Below, piece by piece: positions 1 through 9,876 of a stretch of 64,000 nt of DNA; within the stretch, counting starts at the first letter, position 1; every line of letters begins with the position of its first letter. This stretch comes from an uncultured Oscillospiraceae bacterium. Lineage in GTDB: Bacteria; Bacillota; Clostridia; Oscillospirales; Ruminococcaceae. The notes under the pieces were generated by a model that saw nothing but the letters and a program-made list of their open reading frames with translations, was not told the DNA's origin and did no database searches. The position numbers and the translations under genes are program-made. Location: NCBI GenBank assembly GCA_964371725.1, contig CAYJNQ010000004.1:25695-89694 (forward strand), in the 5' to 3' direction.

Positions 1-254
1 TTAAGGTTTTCGCCCTCCATGGTGCCGGATGTCATAAACGTGTCAAAAGCGGAGAGGTGATTCAAAACCGGTGATATCACCGCTGTGGCCAGTTCCTCTT
101 TGCTTTTATAATAACGATACAAATTGCCCACGGTCATCTCTGCCTTGTCGGCAATAACACGCATGGAAGCCCCTTCCATGCCGTTTTTCACAAATTCGCC
201 TTTGGCGCTTTCCAAAATCTTTTTCCTTTGGCTTTCCTTCAATACCTGTGCCAT
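1..254 (-). CDS. TetR/AcrR-family transcriptional regulator, N-terminal part (3' end lies outside the window)
   Basis: My own reverse-strand translation from ATG 254..252 gives MAQVLKESQRKKILESAKGEFVKNGMEGASMRVIADKAEMTVGNLYRYYKSKEELATAV, a canonical TetR HTH. It is not in the ORF track because the window edge cuts it; the listed ORF 106..297 is the wrong frame. Confidence 0.6.
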   Translation of the reverse strand, partial: MAQVLKESQRKKILESAKGEFVKNGMEGASMRVIADKAEMTVGNLYRYYKSKEELATAVISPVLNHLSAFDTFMTSGTMEGENL

Positions 255-365
255 ATCTCCACCTGCTGATCATTTTATAAAATAGACGGACGTTCATTGT
301 ATTATAACTCCAATACCCCTTTCAGTCAAGTGCATGTCCGTCGCGCTTTATTTTACCAAACTCCA

Positions 366-393
366 TTGACTTTGCCCAAAAAAATAATTATGA
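366..393 (+). promoter_or_regulatory. sigma-A type promoter candidate (TTGACT-16 nt-TATGAT)
   Basis: TTGACT at 366..371 and TATGAT at 388..393, read directly. Its position implies the downstream gene starts at ATG 440, not 395. Confidence 0.4.
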
Positions 394-439
394 TATGAGT
401 AGTTCTTTTGAGCACATCAAAATACGGGAGGCTTTACAC

Positions 440-1528
440 ATGAATTCCAAAATCAAGGTTGCCCAGTACGGTTGTGGAAAGATGAGCCGATGGCTCATGC
501 GCTATGCCATTGAAAAAGGCTGCGAGCTTGTGGCCGCTTTTGATATGAACCCCTCTGTTATTGGCAAAGATGTTGGCAAAATCATCGCCGATGACTACCC
601 CGAAGTGGGGGTATACGTGTCGGCCGCCGAAAAGGCAGAGGCCATTTTACAGGAAACAAAACCGGACGTATGCATCATTGCCACGCGCAGCACCGTGGCG
701 GAATTGGAAGACATCTTCACCATTTGTGCTAAGCTTGGCATCAACGCCATCACCACCTGTGAAGAGGCCTTGTATCCGTGGAACTCTTCACCTGCCCTCA
801 CGCAAAAGCTGGATGCACTTGCCAAAAACGGCGGCTGTACGCTCACCGGTGTGGGCTACTGCGATTTGTACTGGGGAACGATGGTGACAAACCTGGCCGG
901 TTCCTCCTTCAAAATCGACAAAATCAAGGGCAGCAGCTGGTACAACGTGGAAGACTATGGCATCGCCCTTGCCGAAGGACATGGCGCGGGGCTTTCGCAC
1001 GAGGAATTCGAAGAGAAGATTGCCACCTACAACCACCATTCCTCAAAAGACATCCAGGCCGCCGTGGAAAGCGGAGAATATGTGCCCTCTTACATGTGGA
1101 ACCAAAACGGCTGGCTGTGCAGCAAACTCGGCCTCACCGTCACTTCGCAAACACAGCAGTGTTTCCCCTGCACACACAGTGAGGACCTCGCCTCGGAAAC
1201 TTTGGGGCTTACCATCAAGGCCGGTATGCCCACGGGCATGCGTGCCGTTGTAACCACCGAAACCGCAGAGGGCATCACCTTAGAAACCGAGTGTGTGGGC
1301 AAGGTGTTTTCCCCCGAGGAGTTCGATAAAAATGAGTGGAGCCTTTGCGGCGAACCCAATACAACAGCCATTGTGAACAAACCCGCCACGGTGGAGCTTA
1401 CCTGTGCAACGCTTGTTAACCGCATTCCCCAGCTTATTGACGCACCGGCCGGCTATGTGAGCACTGACGGGTTCCCCTACAACCTTTTCCCTGTGAAGCC
1501 ACTTCATGAGTATGTAACCACAAAATAG
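440..1528 (+). CDS. NAD(P)-binding oxidoreductase, DapB-N / 2,4-diaminopentanoate-dehydrogenase-like
   Basis: ORF 395..1528. A GGGAGG SD at 426..431 and the promoter favour ATG 440 (MNSKIKVAQYGCGKMSRW...). It has an N-terminal Rossmann glycine motif followed by a DapB-like alpha/beta C-terminal half. Confidence 0.6.
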   Translation: MNSKIKVAQYGCGKMSRWLMRYAIEKGCELVAAFDMNPSVIGKDVGKIIADDYPEVGVYVSAAEKAEAILQETKPDVCIIATRSTVAELEDIFTICAKLGINAITTCEEALYPWNSSPALTQKLDALAKNGGCTLTGVGYCDLYWGTMVTNLAGSSFKIDKIKGSSWYNVEDYGIALAEGHGAGLSHEEFEEKIATYNHHSSKDIQAAVESGEYVPSYMWNQNGWLCSKLGLTVTSQTQQCFPCTHSEDLASETLGLTIKAGMPTGMRAVVTTETAEGITLETECVGKVFSPEEFDKNEWSLCGEPNTTAIVNKPATVELTCATLVNRIPQLIDAPAGYVSTDGFPYNLFPVKPLHEYVTTK

Positions 1529-1553
1529 ATTTTTAAAAAAAGAGGCAACATTT

Positions 1554-3659
1554 TTGAAAACGAATTTGGAAACAAAATGGACACCCCTTGCAAAAAAGAG
1601 GCTCGGTTGTGTGTTTGTTGTTGTTCTATTTTTGCTTGTTTCTTTTTATGAGGCAAGCAGACGTATGACACAAGTCGACTTTGTAATTACAAATGGAGAT
1701 TTTCAAACTTACAACGTTCTACGGCGTTTTTTAGAGGGGCAGATTCCCTATTTTGAGTTTTCAAACTACCTTGGGGCCGCGCCACTGTTTTGCTTAGCAC
1801 CTTTACTTCTTTTTCAAAACACCTTTGCAGGTAGCCTGTTTGTTTCCCACTTTGTTTCGGCCTTGTTTTTTATGCTGTTTGTCTGGCTTGTGTTCTATCT
1901 CATCACAAAGCAATTTTGGTTGGCCGGCCTTGCCGCCGTTTTCATTCCACTTTTCACCTCTACAAAACTATTTTTGCGGTTTGTCCCCCACTTCGGCTAC
2001 CCCATCACGCATTATTTCGAGCTTCTTTTATACCCCGGTAACTCAGTGCGCATCCTGCGCATGGGGCTCATGCTTGTTTTTGCCTTTTTATTGCTTGTGT
2101 ATGCAAAGCGAAACCCCACGCGCTCTTTGCAGCAGGCCCTGCTTTCGCCACGTTTTCTTTGCATCGCCGGCTTTTTGGCAGGCCTTGGCCTTACTTGGAG
2201 CAACGACTTCGGCTTTGCGGTTTTGGCTGCTGCATCCGGCATCGTGCTGGCCGTTTTCGCGGCTTATTTTTTCCAGAAAGCAAACCGCAGTTTTAAACAC
2301 TTCTTTGGCCTGGTTTTTGCCTGGTTTGGCTCTGCCCTATGCGGTGGTCTTGTTTCCATTTTGCTCATCACGCGTTTTCACCCCCTTTCTTGGCTTATTG
2401 ACACGGTGCAAATCGGCCAATGGCAATACTGGTATTTCGGCACAAATCCGAATGAAAAAATCACCCATATACTTCAACTTTTTTTTCTGTCCGATGTCAG
2501 TTTTGTGCGTCGTTCTCTTTTTCTTATCGCCCTTTCCTGTTTGTTTTTCCTTCTCTGGCTCTATTGGCTGGTTACCAACAAGATGACAAATCATCGATTG
2601 ATTTATTCATTTCTTGTTGCCACCATTAACATTGCCGCCCTTGGCTATATGTACGGCAGCGGTAATTTTCATTTTGAAGAGGGCTTGATTTGCCTTTTTT
2701 TGCTCTCTTCGATGGCTCTTATCGTGCTGTGTGTTTACAAAGGTATCCTCAAAGTTGCACCGATGATTGCAGGCCTCCCCACCGGGGTCCTGATCAATCG
2801 CTGCACTGCCGGCCTGTTGTCGGTTTCACTTTTGCTTGTTTCCTATGTTTCCTATACCCATTTTTCGGCCAGAACCACAATCGATACAGAAAACCCCCAC
2901 TATGTTCCGGCACTTGGCGGTGTTACCCAATATGCCCCGGCCTTGGAAGAGATGGCCAACGTTGTGGGCGATTCCCCACTGTTTTCCAGCTATGCCACGG
3001 CGCCGGAAGTGGTGCTGGATACCCAGCAACCCACAGGTTCCGATTACATCATTCACGCACTTGGCGAGGATAGCTTTGAGGCTTATCTGCATGAATTTGA
3101 AACCGGGGATTATCCCTTTGCACTGACTACCAACCTATTTTCCTGGCCTTGGGAGGCCTTTCAAAGCAATGTTGTGAAAAACAGCTGGCCTTTTTACAAG
3201 ACACTTTACGAGCGGTATTCAGTGCAAGGTATTTACGGAGATTGGATGCTTTGGCAGCAAAATCCACCGGGCGAAACCAATACAATTTTGGCAAACAACA
3301 CCGTGTCCATGCGCCAAACAGACCCACAAACCGTTGAAATTGAAGTGAACAGTGATGCAACACAGCCGGGGCTTATGGCTCATTTGTCTGTCCATTACAC
3401 CACCCAAAGAGAATGGAACTTGTTTTCGTTGCAAACCTTTCGCACCGCCACCTATGTTCACAACGAGCTAAGCTCTCATTCAAACAACAGGTTTGATGGA
3501 TATTTTATTCCAAACGAAGCCGCAGGGCGGCCACTCATGGTTGAGTTGACAAACGGTAGCGCGCACATTCAAATTTCCTCCCTACCGGCCGCGTGCACCA
3601 CCTTGCAGGTGGATTCTGTCACCGTTTCAGATAGGCTTTATTTTGTCAATTCCACTTAG
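1554..3659 (+). CDS. large polytopic membrane protein with ~250-aa C-terminal soluble domain (possible GT-C-type glycosyltransferase; function unknown)
   Basis: 701-codon ORF with a TTG start 8 nt after AGAGG. The first ~440 aa form more than 10 hydrophobic segments; the C-terminal part is hydrophilic. Confidence 0.6.
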   Translation: MKTNLETKWTPLAKKRLGCVFVVVLFLLVSFYEASRRMTQVDFVITNGDFQTYNVLRRFLEGQIPYFEFSNYLGAAPLFCLAPLLLFQNTFAGSLFVSHFVSALFFMLFVWLVFYLITKQFWLAGLAAVFIPLFTSTKLFLRFVPHFGYPITHYFELLLYPGNSVRILRMGLMLVFAFLLLVYAKRNPTRSLQQALLSPRFLCIAGFLAGLGLTWSNDFGFAVLAAASGIVLAVFAAYFFQKANRSFKHFFGLVFAWFGSALCGGLVSILLITRFHPLSWLIDTVQIGQWQYWYFGTNPNEKITHILQLFFLSDVSFVRRSLFLIALSCLFFLLWLYWLVTNKMTNHRLIYSFLVATINIAALGYMYGSGNFHFEEGLICLFLLSSMALIVLCVYKGILKVAPMIAGLPTGVLINRCTAGLLSVSLLLVSYVSYTHFSARTTIDTENPHYVPALGGVTQYAPALEEMANVVGDSPLFSSYATAPEVVLDTQQPTGSDYIIHALGEDSFEAYLHEFETGDYPFALTTNLFSWPWEAFQSNVVKNSWPFYKTLYERYSVQGIYGDWMLWQQNPPGETNTILANNTVSMRQTDPQTVEIEVNSDATQPGLMAHLSVHYTTQREWNLFSLQTFRTATYVHNELSSHSNNRFDGYFIPNEAAGRPLMVELTNGSAHIQISSLPAACTTLQVDSVTVSDRLYFVNST

Positions 3660-3712
3660 AGCATGTCATGCATGCCGAGTAGCCCCCGCGGGCATTTACT
3701 CAGAAATGTGAA

Positions 3713-3746
3713 ATATCCCCCGGCTGTGAATACAGCCGGGGGATAT
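3713..3746. terminator. 14-bp perfect hairpin between convergent genes (bidirectional terminator candidate)
   Basis: ATATCCCCCGGCTG-tgaata-CAGCCGGGGGATAT sits between the stop at 3659 (+) and the stop at 3760 (-). The T-tracts are weak on both sides. Confidence 0.5.
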
Positions 3747-3759
3747 GGTTTGCATTGGC

Positions 3760-4740
3760 TTATTCTGGTTTCACACCATACACAATTTTTTGTCGTGTGT
3801 ATAAGAAGTTTTGCTTGTGCGCGTTGATTTGTAAAAACTGGGCATGGGGATGCTCTTCTGTGGTAAAATGCTGAAACGCCCCAAAACCGACGCTGCCACC
3901 CACATACACGGTGGAATAATTGATAAACATTTCATCCATTGCCCCAATGCTCAAAAGATAAGTCATGTAAGAGGGCGCCTCAATAAGCAAACGCATATAG
4001 CCCAGCTCGCGCAAAATCTTCAGCAGAGCCTCACCGTCTGTTTTTCCTTCTTCGCCGGTGGCTACCACCAAAATCTTGCCCGCACTTCCCTTTAATTTCT
4101 CGTTGATTGCCACCATGTCTACTGCGTCTTTTGTGGCATAGGGGCCGATTTCCACAATTGGTTTTTTGAAGTTTTCTTTTAAGAATTCCAGGCCTTTCGG
4201 GGAGGTTGCGATCATCACGGTGGCGTCCAAATCGAACACCTTGTGCTCCAAAGGAATGTCGGTTCCATCAAAAGAAACCACAACATGTGCCGGGCAAACA
4301 TGGCTTTTCCCCATCAGCGGAACGCGTGCCTCGGCCAACTCTTTATCAAAACAAGCGGCTGTCATGGTTTCTTCCATGGCCATGGTTTTGGCACCCACCA
4401 CAACGGCATCCGCATAGGAACGAAGCATATTGAGCACCCAAAAATCGGAAAATCCACCTTCTGGGTCCAAGGCATTTTTACTGGATACCAAAGGGCCTTG
4501 GGGGTCGTCCATGAATGCAATTTTCCCATCTACCGACACCACAATGGACGCAAACGTATAGGGTCTGTCTGCCGGTGCCGGTGGAAAATACACCTCACCA
4601 AACACATCCTTTACCTTGGGATGTGTTTCTTTGTCCGGCGAACTTTCTTTGATTTCGGCAAGTTGCACTTCATCTTTTAAAAGCGGTGTCTGCCGTATTG
4701 CATCCGACGGAAAATCCAGCATAAAATAACCTGATTCCAT
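3760..4740 (-). CDS. RibD C-terminal-domain / dihydrofolate-reductase-like family reductase with ~60-aa N-terminal extension
   Basis: The motifs SVDGKIAF...LRSYADAVVVGAKT...LLIEAPSYMTYLL follow the RibD_C pattern (S-x-DG-K-I, DA-x-x-x-G-x-x-T, x-E-G-G-like core). Confidence 0.6.
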   Translation of the reverse strand: MESGYFMLDFPSDAIRQTPLLKDEVQLAEIKESSPDKETHPKVKDVFGEVYFPPAPADRPYTFASIVVSVDGKIAFMDDPQGPLVSSKNALDPEGGFSDFWVLNMLRSYADAVVVGAKTMAMEETMTAACFDKELAEARVPLMGKSHVCPAHVVVSFDGTDIPLEHKVFDLDATVMIATSPKGLEFLKENFKKPIVEIGPYATKDAVDMVAINEKLKGSAGKILVVATGEEGKTDGEALLKILRELGYMRLLIEAPSYMTYLLSIGAMDEMFINYSTVYVGGSVGFGAFQHFTTEEHPHAQFLQINAHKQNFLYTRQKIVYGVKPE

Positions 4741-4923
4741 ATAAGTCCCCTCTTTCTTTTTGGTTGACTTTCAAGCTTTACAACTACAACCAAGTTGTAT
4801 GTACATCATGCATCAATAGTATACACCATCGGGCACTTATTTTAAAGTGTTTTTACTCTTTTTTTCTAGATAGGGTCAACACCGGATGCTCAGGCATTTG
4901 ATTTCAACCTACTTCAACACCAG

Positions 4924-5898
4924 CTACCCGATGTCTCCGGCCTCTATGAGCTTTGCAATTCCCGGTGCATAATAGCTTAGTAAAATATCGCATCCTGCCC
5001 GGTAAATGCTCACAGTGGTTTCACAAATCATCTTTTGCTCGTCGATGCACCCGCTGGCCGCAGCCGCTTTTATCATGGCGTATTCCCCGCTCACGCTATA
5101 GGCCGCCACCGGCAAATTCACCTGCTGCGATACACGATGAATGACATCCAAATAGGAAAGAGCCGGTTTCACCATCACAATGTCTGCCCCTTGCTGCACA
5201 TCCAAGAGTGCTTCCTTCACACTTTCCTTCACATTGTGATAATCGATTTGGTAGCCTTTCCTGTCTCCAAAAACCGGCGCAGAATCGGCTGCCTCCCGAA
5301 AAGGTCCATAGAAAGAAGATGCATATTTAACCGCGTAAGACATCATGGGTAAGTGGGTGTATCCCGCGTTGTCTAAGGCATTGCGGATACCCAAAATTCT
5401 GCCGTCCATCATGTCGGAAGGCGCCACCATATCACTGCCGGCCTCGGCATGGGACAAAGCCACTTTTGCAAGATATGCAATGCTTTCATCATTGAGAACT
5501 TCCTCTTTGTCTATCACACCGCAGTGGCCGTGGCTTGTATACTCGCACAGGCAAACATCGCTGATATAGAAAAGCTCCGGCACCTCCTTTTTGGCGCGTT
5601 TCAATGCCCTTTGTATCACACCGTCTTCGTTGTATGCACCACTTCCAAGCTCATCTTTCTCGTTTGGAATGCCAAACAACATCACACTTTGCACGCCTGC
5701 TTTCGCAACACGCTCCAGTGCTTTCGGCAATGCATCGATGGAATAGCGAAACTGACCCGGCATCGAGGCAATTTCCGTCACCTTGTCTTCCTCTGTTACA
5801 AACAGAGGATAAATCAAACTCTTTGTGCTCAGCCTTGTTTCCCTTGTCATCTCGCGGATGTGCCCGCTTCCCCTAAGCCTTCTCGGTCTTTCCAGCAT
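4924..5898 (-). CDS. hemB: porphobilinogen synthase (delta-aminolevulinate dehydratase)
   Basis: MLERPRRLRGSGHIREMTRETRL... is a classic HemB N-terminus, and an active-site Lys region is present (VMVKPALSYLD). A GAGGGAG SD precedes ATG 5898; the ORF-track start at 5940 would overlap the upstream gene. Confidence 0.95.
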   Translation of the reverse strand: MLERPRRLRGSGHIREMTRETRLSTKSLIYPLFVTEEDKVTEIASMPGQFRYSIDALPKALERVAKAGVQSVMLFGIPNEKDELGSGAYNEDGVIQRALKRAKKEVPELFYISDVCLCEYTSHGHCGVIDKEEVLNDESIAYLAKVALSHAEAGSDMVAPSDMMDGRILGIRNALDNAGYTHLPMMSYAVKYASSFYGPFREAADSAPVFGDRKGYQIDYHNVKESVKEALLDVQQGADIVMVKPALSYLDVIHRVSQQVNLPVAAYSVSGEYAMIKAAAASGCIDEQKMICETTVSIYRAGCDILLSYYAPGIAKLIEAGDIG

Positions 5899-5909
5899 GG
5901 TTTCTCCCT

Positions 5910-7382
5910 CTATTCTTCCCTCATTTTCTCTGCCACACAAACCAGCTCTTCTACCAAACTATCCAAGCTTGCCTCTTTGGAAACAAAAGTTTCCATGCCA
6001 TGACGCAAAGCTTCCTCTTGTGTTTTTTTTCCGATACAAACCGCCTTCACATTTTCTGCCGTTCCCATTGCCGCCACAAATCCTTGCACGGTGGAGGCGC
6101 TTGTAAACACGGCCAAATCATTCTTTTGCAATACAAATGGAGCCACAGGCTCTAAAAAGGTTTCGTAGGCCGGCACCACGTGCAACCGGGCCCCACGTTT
6201 TTTCAGCTCATCTTCGCAATCGGACGGGGTATCTTTTGGCAAAAACAACAAGATGTTTTCCTGTTGTTCAAAAGGCAGCCCTGCCCCGAGTGCTTGCCCG
6301 CAGAATGTGTCGGGAACATACTCCACAAGCACGCCGTGACTTTGCACGGCATCTGCCGTGGCTTTTCCCACAGCGGCAAATTTCACCTTAGGCAAACAAC
6401 GAATGTCTGTTTTATTCTGTTGCAAGGTCTTGAAAAACACCTCTACAGACGCATCGCTTGTAAACAAAATCCAATCCATTTGGTCCAGTGCATCGAGGTG
6501 TTCCAAAATGGAAATTGGCTTGGTTTGAATGGTGGGCACACACAAAACCTCTGCGCCCAGCTCTTGCAATTTTTGTGTGATTTTGGAAGTTTTTCCCCGG
6601 GGCCTTGTAACAATTACGCGTGTTTTGCCCAGCACCCTGTCCTCTGCCCAGTGCAGCGAATGCGCCAGCGTGCACACACGCCCCACCAAAATAATTCCAG
6701 GGTAACCGATGCTCGCCTCTTTCGCCCGCTTTGGCAGGTCCAAAACCGTGCTTACAATTCTGCGCTGGGCGGCCGTGGTACCCTTTTCCAAAATGGCCGC
6801 CGGTGTGTCTTTTGCAAGGCCGGCCTCTATGAGCCCTGTGCAAATATGCTCTACCTGGCCAACCCCCATCATAAAAACAAGTGTCGCATTTTTTAGTGCC
6901 ACCAAGCTTTTGAAGTCAATGGTTTCTTTTTCGCCGCATTTTCTGTGCGCCGTGATGATATGAAGTTCCGATGCGTAACCCCGCTGTGTTACCGGTATGC
7001 CGGCATAGGCCGGCACCGATAGGGCCGATGTAACCCCCGGCACCACTTCGAACGGTATTTTGTTTTGATAAAGCAGCTCAAGCTCTTCGCCACCGCGGCC
7101 AAACAGGAATGGATCCCCTCCTTTTAAGCGAACCACACGCTTGCCCAAAAGCGCCTGCTCGAGGAGAATTTCATTGATTTTTTCCTGCACGATGGTGTGG
7201 TTTCCAATTTTTTTACCCACATAAACACGCTGTGCTTTGGGCGGCAACATGGCCAAAATCCCCTGCCCTACCAAGGCATCGTACACCACCACCTCGGCAC
7301 GTTTTAGCACCTGCTCTCCCTTTAAGGTTAAAAGTCCCGCATCTCCGGGCCCCGCACCTACCAGCCAAACCTTTCCTTTCAT
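5910..7382 (-). CDS. cobA/hemD: bifunctional uroporphyrinogen-III C-methyltransferase / uroporphyrinogen-III synthase
   Basis: The N-terminus MKGKVWLVGAGPGDAGLLTLKG is the tetrapyrrole-methylase motif. It is followed by a ~235-aa HemD-like C-terminal half. Confidence 0.9.
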   Translation of the reverse strand: MKGKVWLVGAGPGDAGLLTLKGEQVLKRAEVVVYDALVGQGILAMLPPKAQRVYVGKKIGNHTIVQEKINEILLEQALLGKRVVRLKGGDPFLFGRGGEELELLYQNKIPFEVVPGVTSALSVPAYAGIPVTQRGYASELHIITAHRKCGEKETIDFKSLVALKNATLVFMMGVGQVEHICTGLIEAGLAKDTPAAILEKGTTAAQRRIVSTVLDLPKRAKEASIGYPGIILVGRVCTLAHSLHWAEDRVLGKTRVIVTRPRGKTSKITQKLQELGAEVLCVPTIQTKPISILEHLDALDQMDWILFTSDASVEVFFKTLQQNKTDIRCLPKVKFAAVGKATADAVQSHGVLVEYVPDTFCGQALGAGLPFEQQENILLFLPKDTPSDCEDELKKRGARLHVVPAYETFLEPVAPFVLQKNDLAVFTSASTVQGFVAAMGTAENVKAVCIGKKTQEEALRHGMETFVSKEASLDSLVEELVCVAEKMREE

Positions 7383-8242
7383 GCCATTATCCTTTCCGCC
7401 AAGGTTTCACCCAACTTTTGCGCCTCGTGTTTTTCGCCCAAAAGTTGCATGGTTTTGCATTCTTTTGTGGTCTCATTTTCATAAAACCCACACAGCAACA
7501 TATCTTGCCCTTCTATTTGTGCAAATGCACCCACAGGCGCCGAACAACCGCCACCCAAGGCATTTACAAAGGCTCTCTCCGCCAGTGCCATCAGCATGGT
7601 GTTCGGATGGTTGAGAGCCTTTGGCAACATCCAATCTTTTCGACCCTGGATGGCCAAAATCCCTTGCCCTGCCGCCGGAATCATTTCCTCTGTGCTCAAA
7701 TATCTTCCAATGCGCCCCGCAAGCCCCATGCGTTTTAGCCCGGCCGCCGCCAGAATCAAGCAGTCGCACTCTCCGCTATCCAGTTTTCGCAGCCTTGTGT
7801 GAATGTTGCCTCGTGTGAACGTATACTGCGCCTCTGGGCATAGCTGCGAAAACTGCAGCCTTCGCCGCAAGCTGGAGGTTCCCACACGCTTTGTGATATC
7901 TCCCCCCGTTTTGTTTGCAAACACAAGCGCATCGCGTGCGTCGCCGCGTTTTAAAACTGCCAAAATGGGAAAATCCTCGTTTTCTTCTGCCGGCATATCT
8001 TTCAGGCTGTGCACAGCAAGGTCTATCACACCCTCTTGCAAAGCTTTGTCCAGTTCTTTAACAAACAACCCTTTGCCACCAATTTTATCAAGTGTCTTGT
8101 CTAAAATGAGGTCGCCCGTGGTCTTGAGTGTCAGCAGTTCCAGCTTCACATTTGGATTTTCTTTTTGTATGCGCTCCATCACCAGCTTGGTTTGCGCAAC
8201 AGCCAATTTGCTATCGCGGCTTCCTACCACCAGTTTTTTCAT
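7379..8242 (-). CDS. hemC: hydroxymethylbilane synthase (porphobilinogen deaminase)
   Basis: MKKLVVGSRDSKLAVAQTKLV..., GTSSLRRRLQ and a cofactor-Cys region (GGCSAPVGA) are present. Confidence 0.95.
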   Translation of the reverse strand: MKKLVVGSRDSKLAVAQTKLVMERIQKENPNVKLELLTLKTTGDLILDKTLDKIGGKGLFVKELDKALQEGVIDLAVHSLKDMPAEENEDFPILAVLKRGDARDALVFANKTGGDITKRVGTSSLRRRLQFSQLCPEAQYTFTRGNIHTRLRKLDSGECDCLILAAAGLKRMGLAGRIGRYLSTEEMIPAAGQGILAIQGRKDWMLPKALNHPNTMLMALAERAFVNALGGGCSAPVGAFAQIEGQDMLLCGFYENETTKECKTMQLLGEKHEAQKLGETLAERIMA

Positions 8243-8703
8243 TCTATACCCTCTTCATCCAACCAATTTTGCATCTTTTTCCGTAAGTCGGCCGCCTTTT
8301 TGTGGTTGTCTCCCGAAGCCGTTATGCCCACAACGATGCTCTCGCCTTTGTAGGCAATACCCGGAAAGTAAAAATCGCACAATGATTTGTTGTGGCAGGC
8401 GTTGGCAAGGGCCCCAAAGTGGTGTGCATCGTGCACGATTTGCTCGTTGAGCGCCGCGTCCCCCGTGGCCGCCAGCACCATGTATGCACCCGTGCAATCC
8501 TCTTTACAATAGGGCCTTTTTTCGAGGAGAATGCGTTTTTCCTCGGCCATGCTATGCAAGAAATCTGTACATTCTTTGCACACGAGCAAAATCGTGGCAC
8601 CAAATTCGCAAAGCACACGCACACGCCTTTCGGCGATGTTTCCACCACCCACCACCAACACTTTTCTTTCGTTCAAATCCACAAAAAGAGGAAATTTCCG
8701 CAT
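8239..8703 (-). CDS. sirC: precorrin-2 dehydrogenase / sirohydrochlorin ferrochelatase-type (SirC/CysG N-terminal domain)
   Basis: MRKFPLFVDLNERKVLVVGGGNIAERRV. The start is trimmed from 8901 to ATG 8703 because the upstream 66 codons overlap cbiC and are compositionally non-protein-like. Confidence 0.85.
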   Translation of the reverse strand: MRKFPLFVDLNERKVLVVGGGNIAERRVRVLCEFGATILLVCKECTDFLHSMAEEKRILLEKRPYCKEDCTGAYMVLAATGDAALNEQIVHDAHHFGALANACHNKSLCDFYFPGIAYKGESIVVGITASGDNHKKAADLRKKMQNWLDEEGIE

Positions 8704-8737
8704 TTTTGTTCTCCCTTTCGCTGCACCATGTGCACTT

Positions 8738-9376
8738 CTATGCGTCGCTTCTGCCACCGGCAAGATACAAAAGGGCGTTGCAGATGGCCGCCGCCACATT
8801 GCTGCCCCCTTTTCTCCCCTTTGCCACAATGCAGGGCACATCACCTTGTAAAATGAGCTCTTTGCTTTCCACCACATTGACAAAACCCACGGGCACCGCA
8901 ATGATAAGCGCCGGCCTGAGCCCCTCTTCCTTTATCTGTCTGTCTAGCTCCAAAAGGGCTGTGGGTGCATTGCCCACGGCAAAAATCAATGGTCCTTTTT
9001 GCCGTGCCGCTTTTTCCATGGCGGCGCACGCCCTTGTTGTTCCCTTTTCTTTTGCACGCTTCGCCACGTCCTCATCCGCCATAAAACAGTGGATGTGGCA
9101 CCCCAGTTTCTCAAGGGCCGCCTTGTTCACGCCCGAAAAGGCCATATTTGTATCTGTTGTGAAACAAGCGCCGTTTTCGATGGCTTGTAAACCCGCTTGC
9201 ACACTGCCTTTTGAGAAATTGAGCGTGTGCTTATACTCGAAATCGGCTGTTGTATGAATGACCCGTTTGAGAATGGCCAGCTCCTCGCTTGGCAAATCTA
9301 CCTGTCCGAGCTCCTCTGCAATCAGCTCCATGCTTCGCGCTTCAATTTCATTTGGTTTCACATGTTTTACTGTCAA
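8738..9376 (-). CDS. cbiC: cobalt-precorrin-8 methylmutase
   Basis: RVIHTTADFEY...FAVGNAPTAL...AVPVGFVNV are CbiC/CobH signatures. Confidence 0.9.
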   Translation of the reverse strand: MTVKHVKPNEIEARSMELIAEELGQVDLPSEELAILKRVIHTTADFEYKHTLNFSKGSVQAGLQAIENGACFTTDTNMAFSGVNKAALEKLGCHIHCFMADEDVAKRAKEKGTTRACAAMEKAARQKGPLIFAVGNAPTALLELDRQIKEEGLRPALIIAVPVGFVNVVESKELILQGDVPCIVAKGRKGGSNVAAAICNALLYLAGGRSDA

Positions 9377-9876
9377 AATTCAACCCCCTTCCTCGCCGGA
9401 ACACCTGCCTCGAACGGGTGCTTTCGGCACATCATTTCACTCACATAGTCTGCCCTTTCCAAAAAGAACGGCTGTGGGTCTCGTCCTGTTAGCACCAGTT
9501 CTTTGTCTTTTCCCCAGCCCTCCACGGCCGTTTGCAAAAGTTCTTTGTCTAAAAGGTTCAAATTGTATGCCGCCATTGCCTCATCTAAAACCAGCATATC
9601 GCACGGCATTTCCAGCGCCTCCCTCAGCAACTGTGTGTGCGCTTCTAAAAGCGTTGCTTTTTCCTCTTTTGTCATTTGGAAGCTGAATTTTTGGCTGTCT
9701 TTCCCGCGCAAAATCTGCAGGTTTTCTTCCCGTTGTAAAAACAGCACTTCCCCGGTTTCCCAACTTTTCAAAAACTGGAGCAACACCACTTTTTTTCCTC
9801 TGCCAAGGGCTCTTACCACTAAGCCAATGGCCGCCGTTGTTTTGCCTTTTCCGTCTCCACAATATAGATGTATCAT
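9373..9876 (-). CDS. cobO: cob(I)yrinic acid a,c-diamide adenosyltransferase (CobA/CobO/BtuR type)
   Basis: [26 protein letters not shown]-loop and a DEAMAA motif. Confidence 0.9.
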   Translation of the reverse strand: MIHLYCGDGKGKTTAAIGLVVRALGRGKKVVLLQFLKSWETGEVLFLQREENLQILRGKDSQKFSFQMTKEEKATLLEAHTQLLREALEMPCDMLVLDEAMAAYNLNLLDKELLQTAVEGWGKDKELVLTGRDPQPFFLERADYVSEMMCRKHPFEAGVPARKGVEF

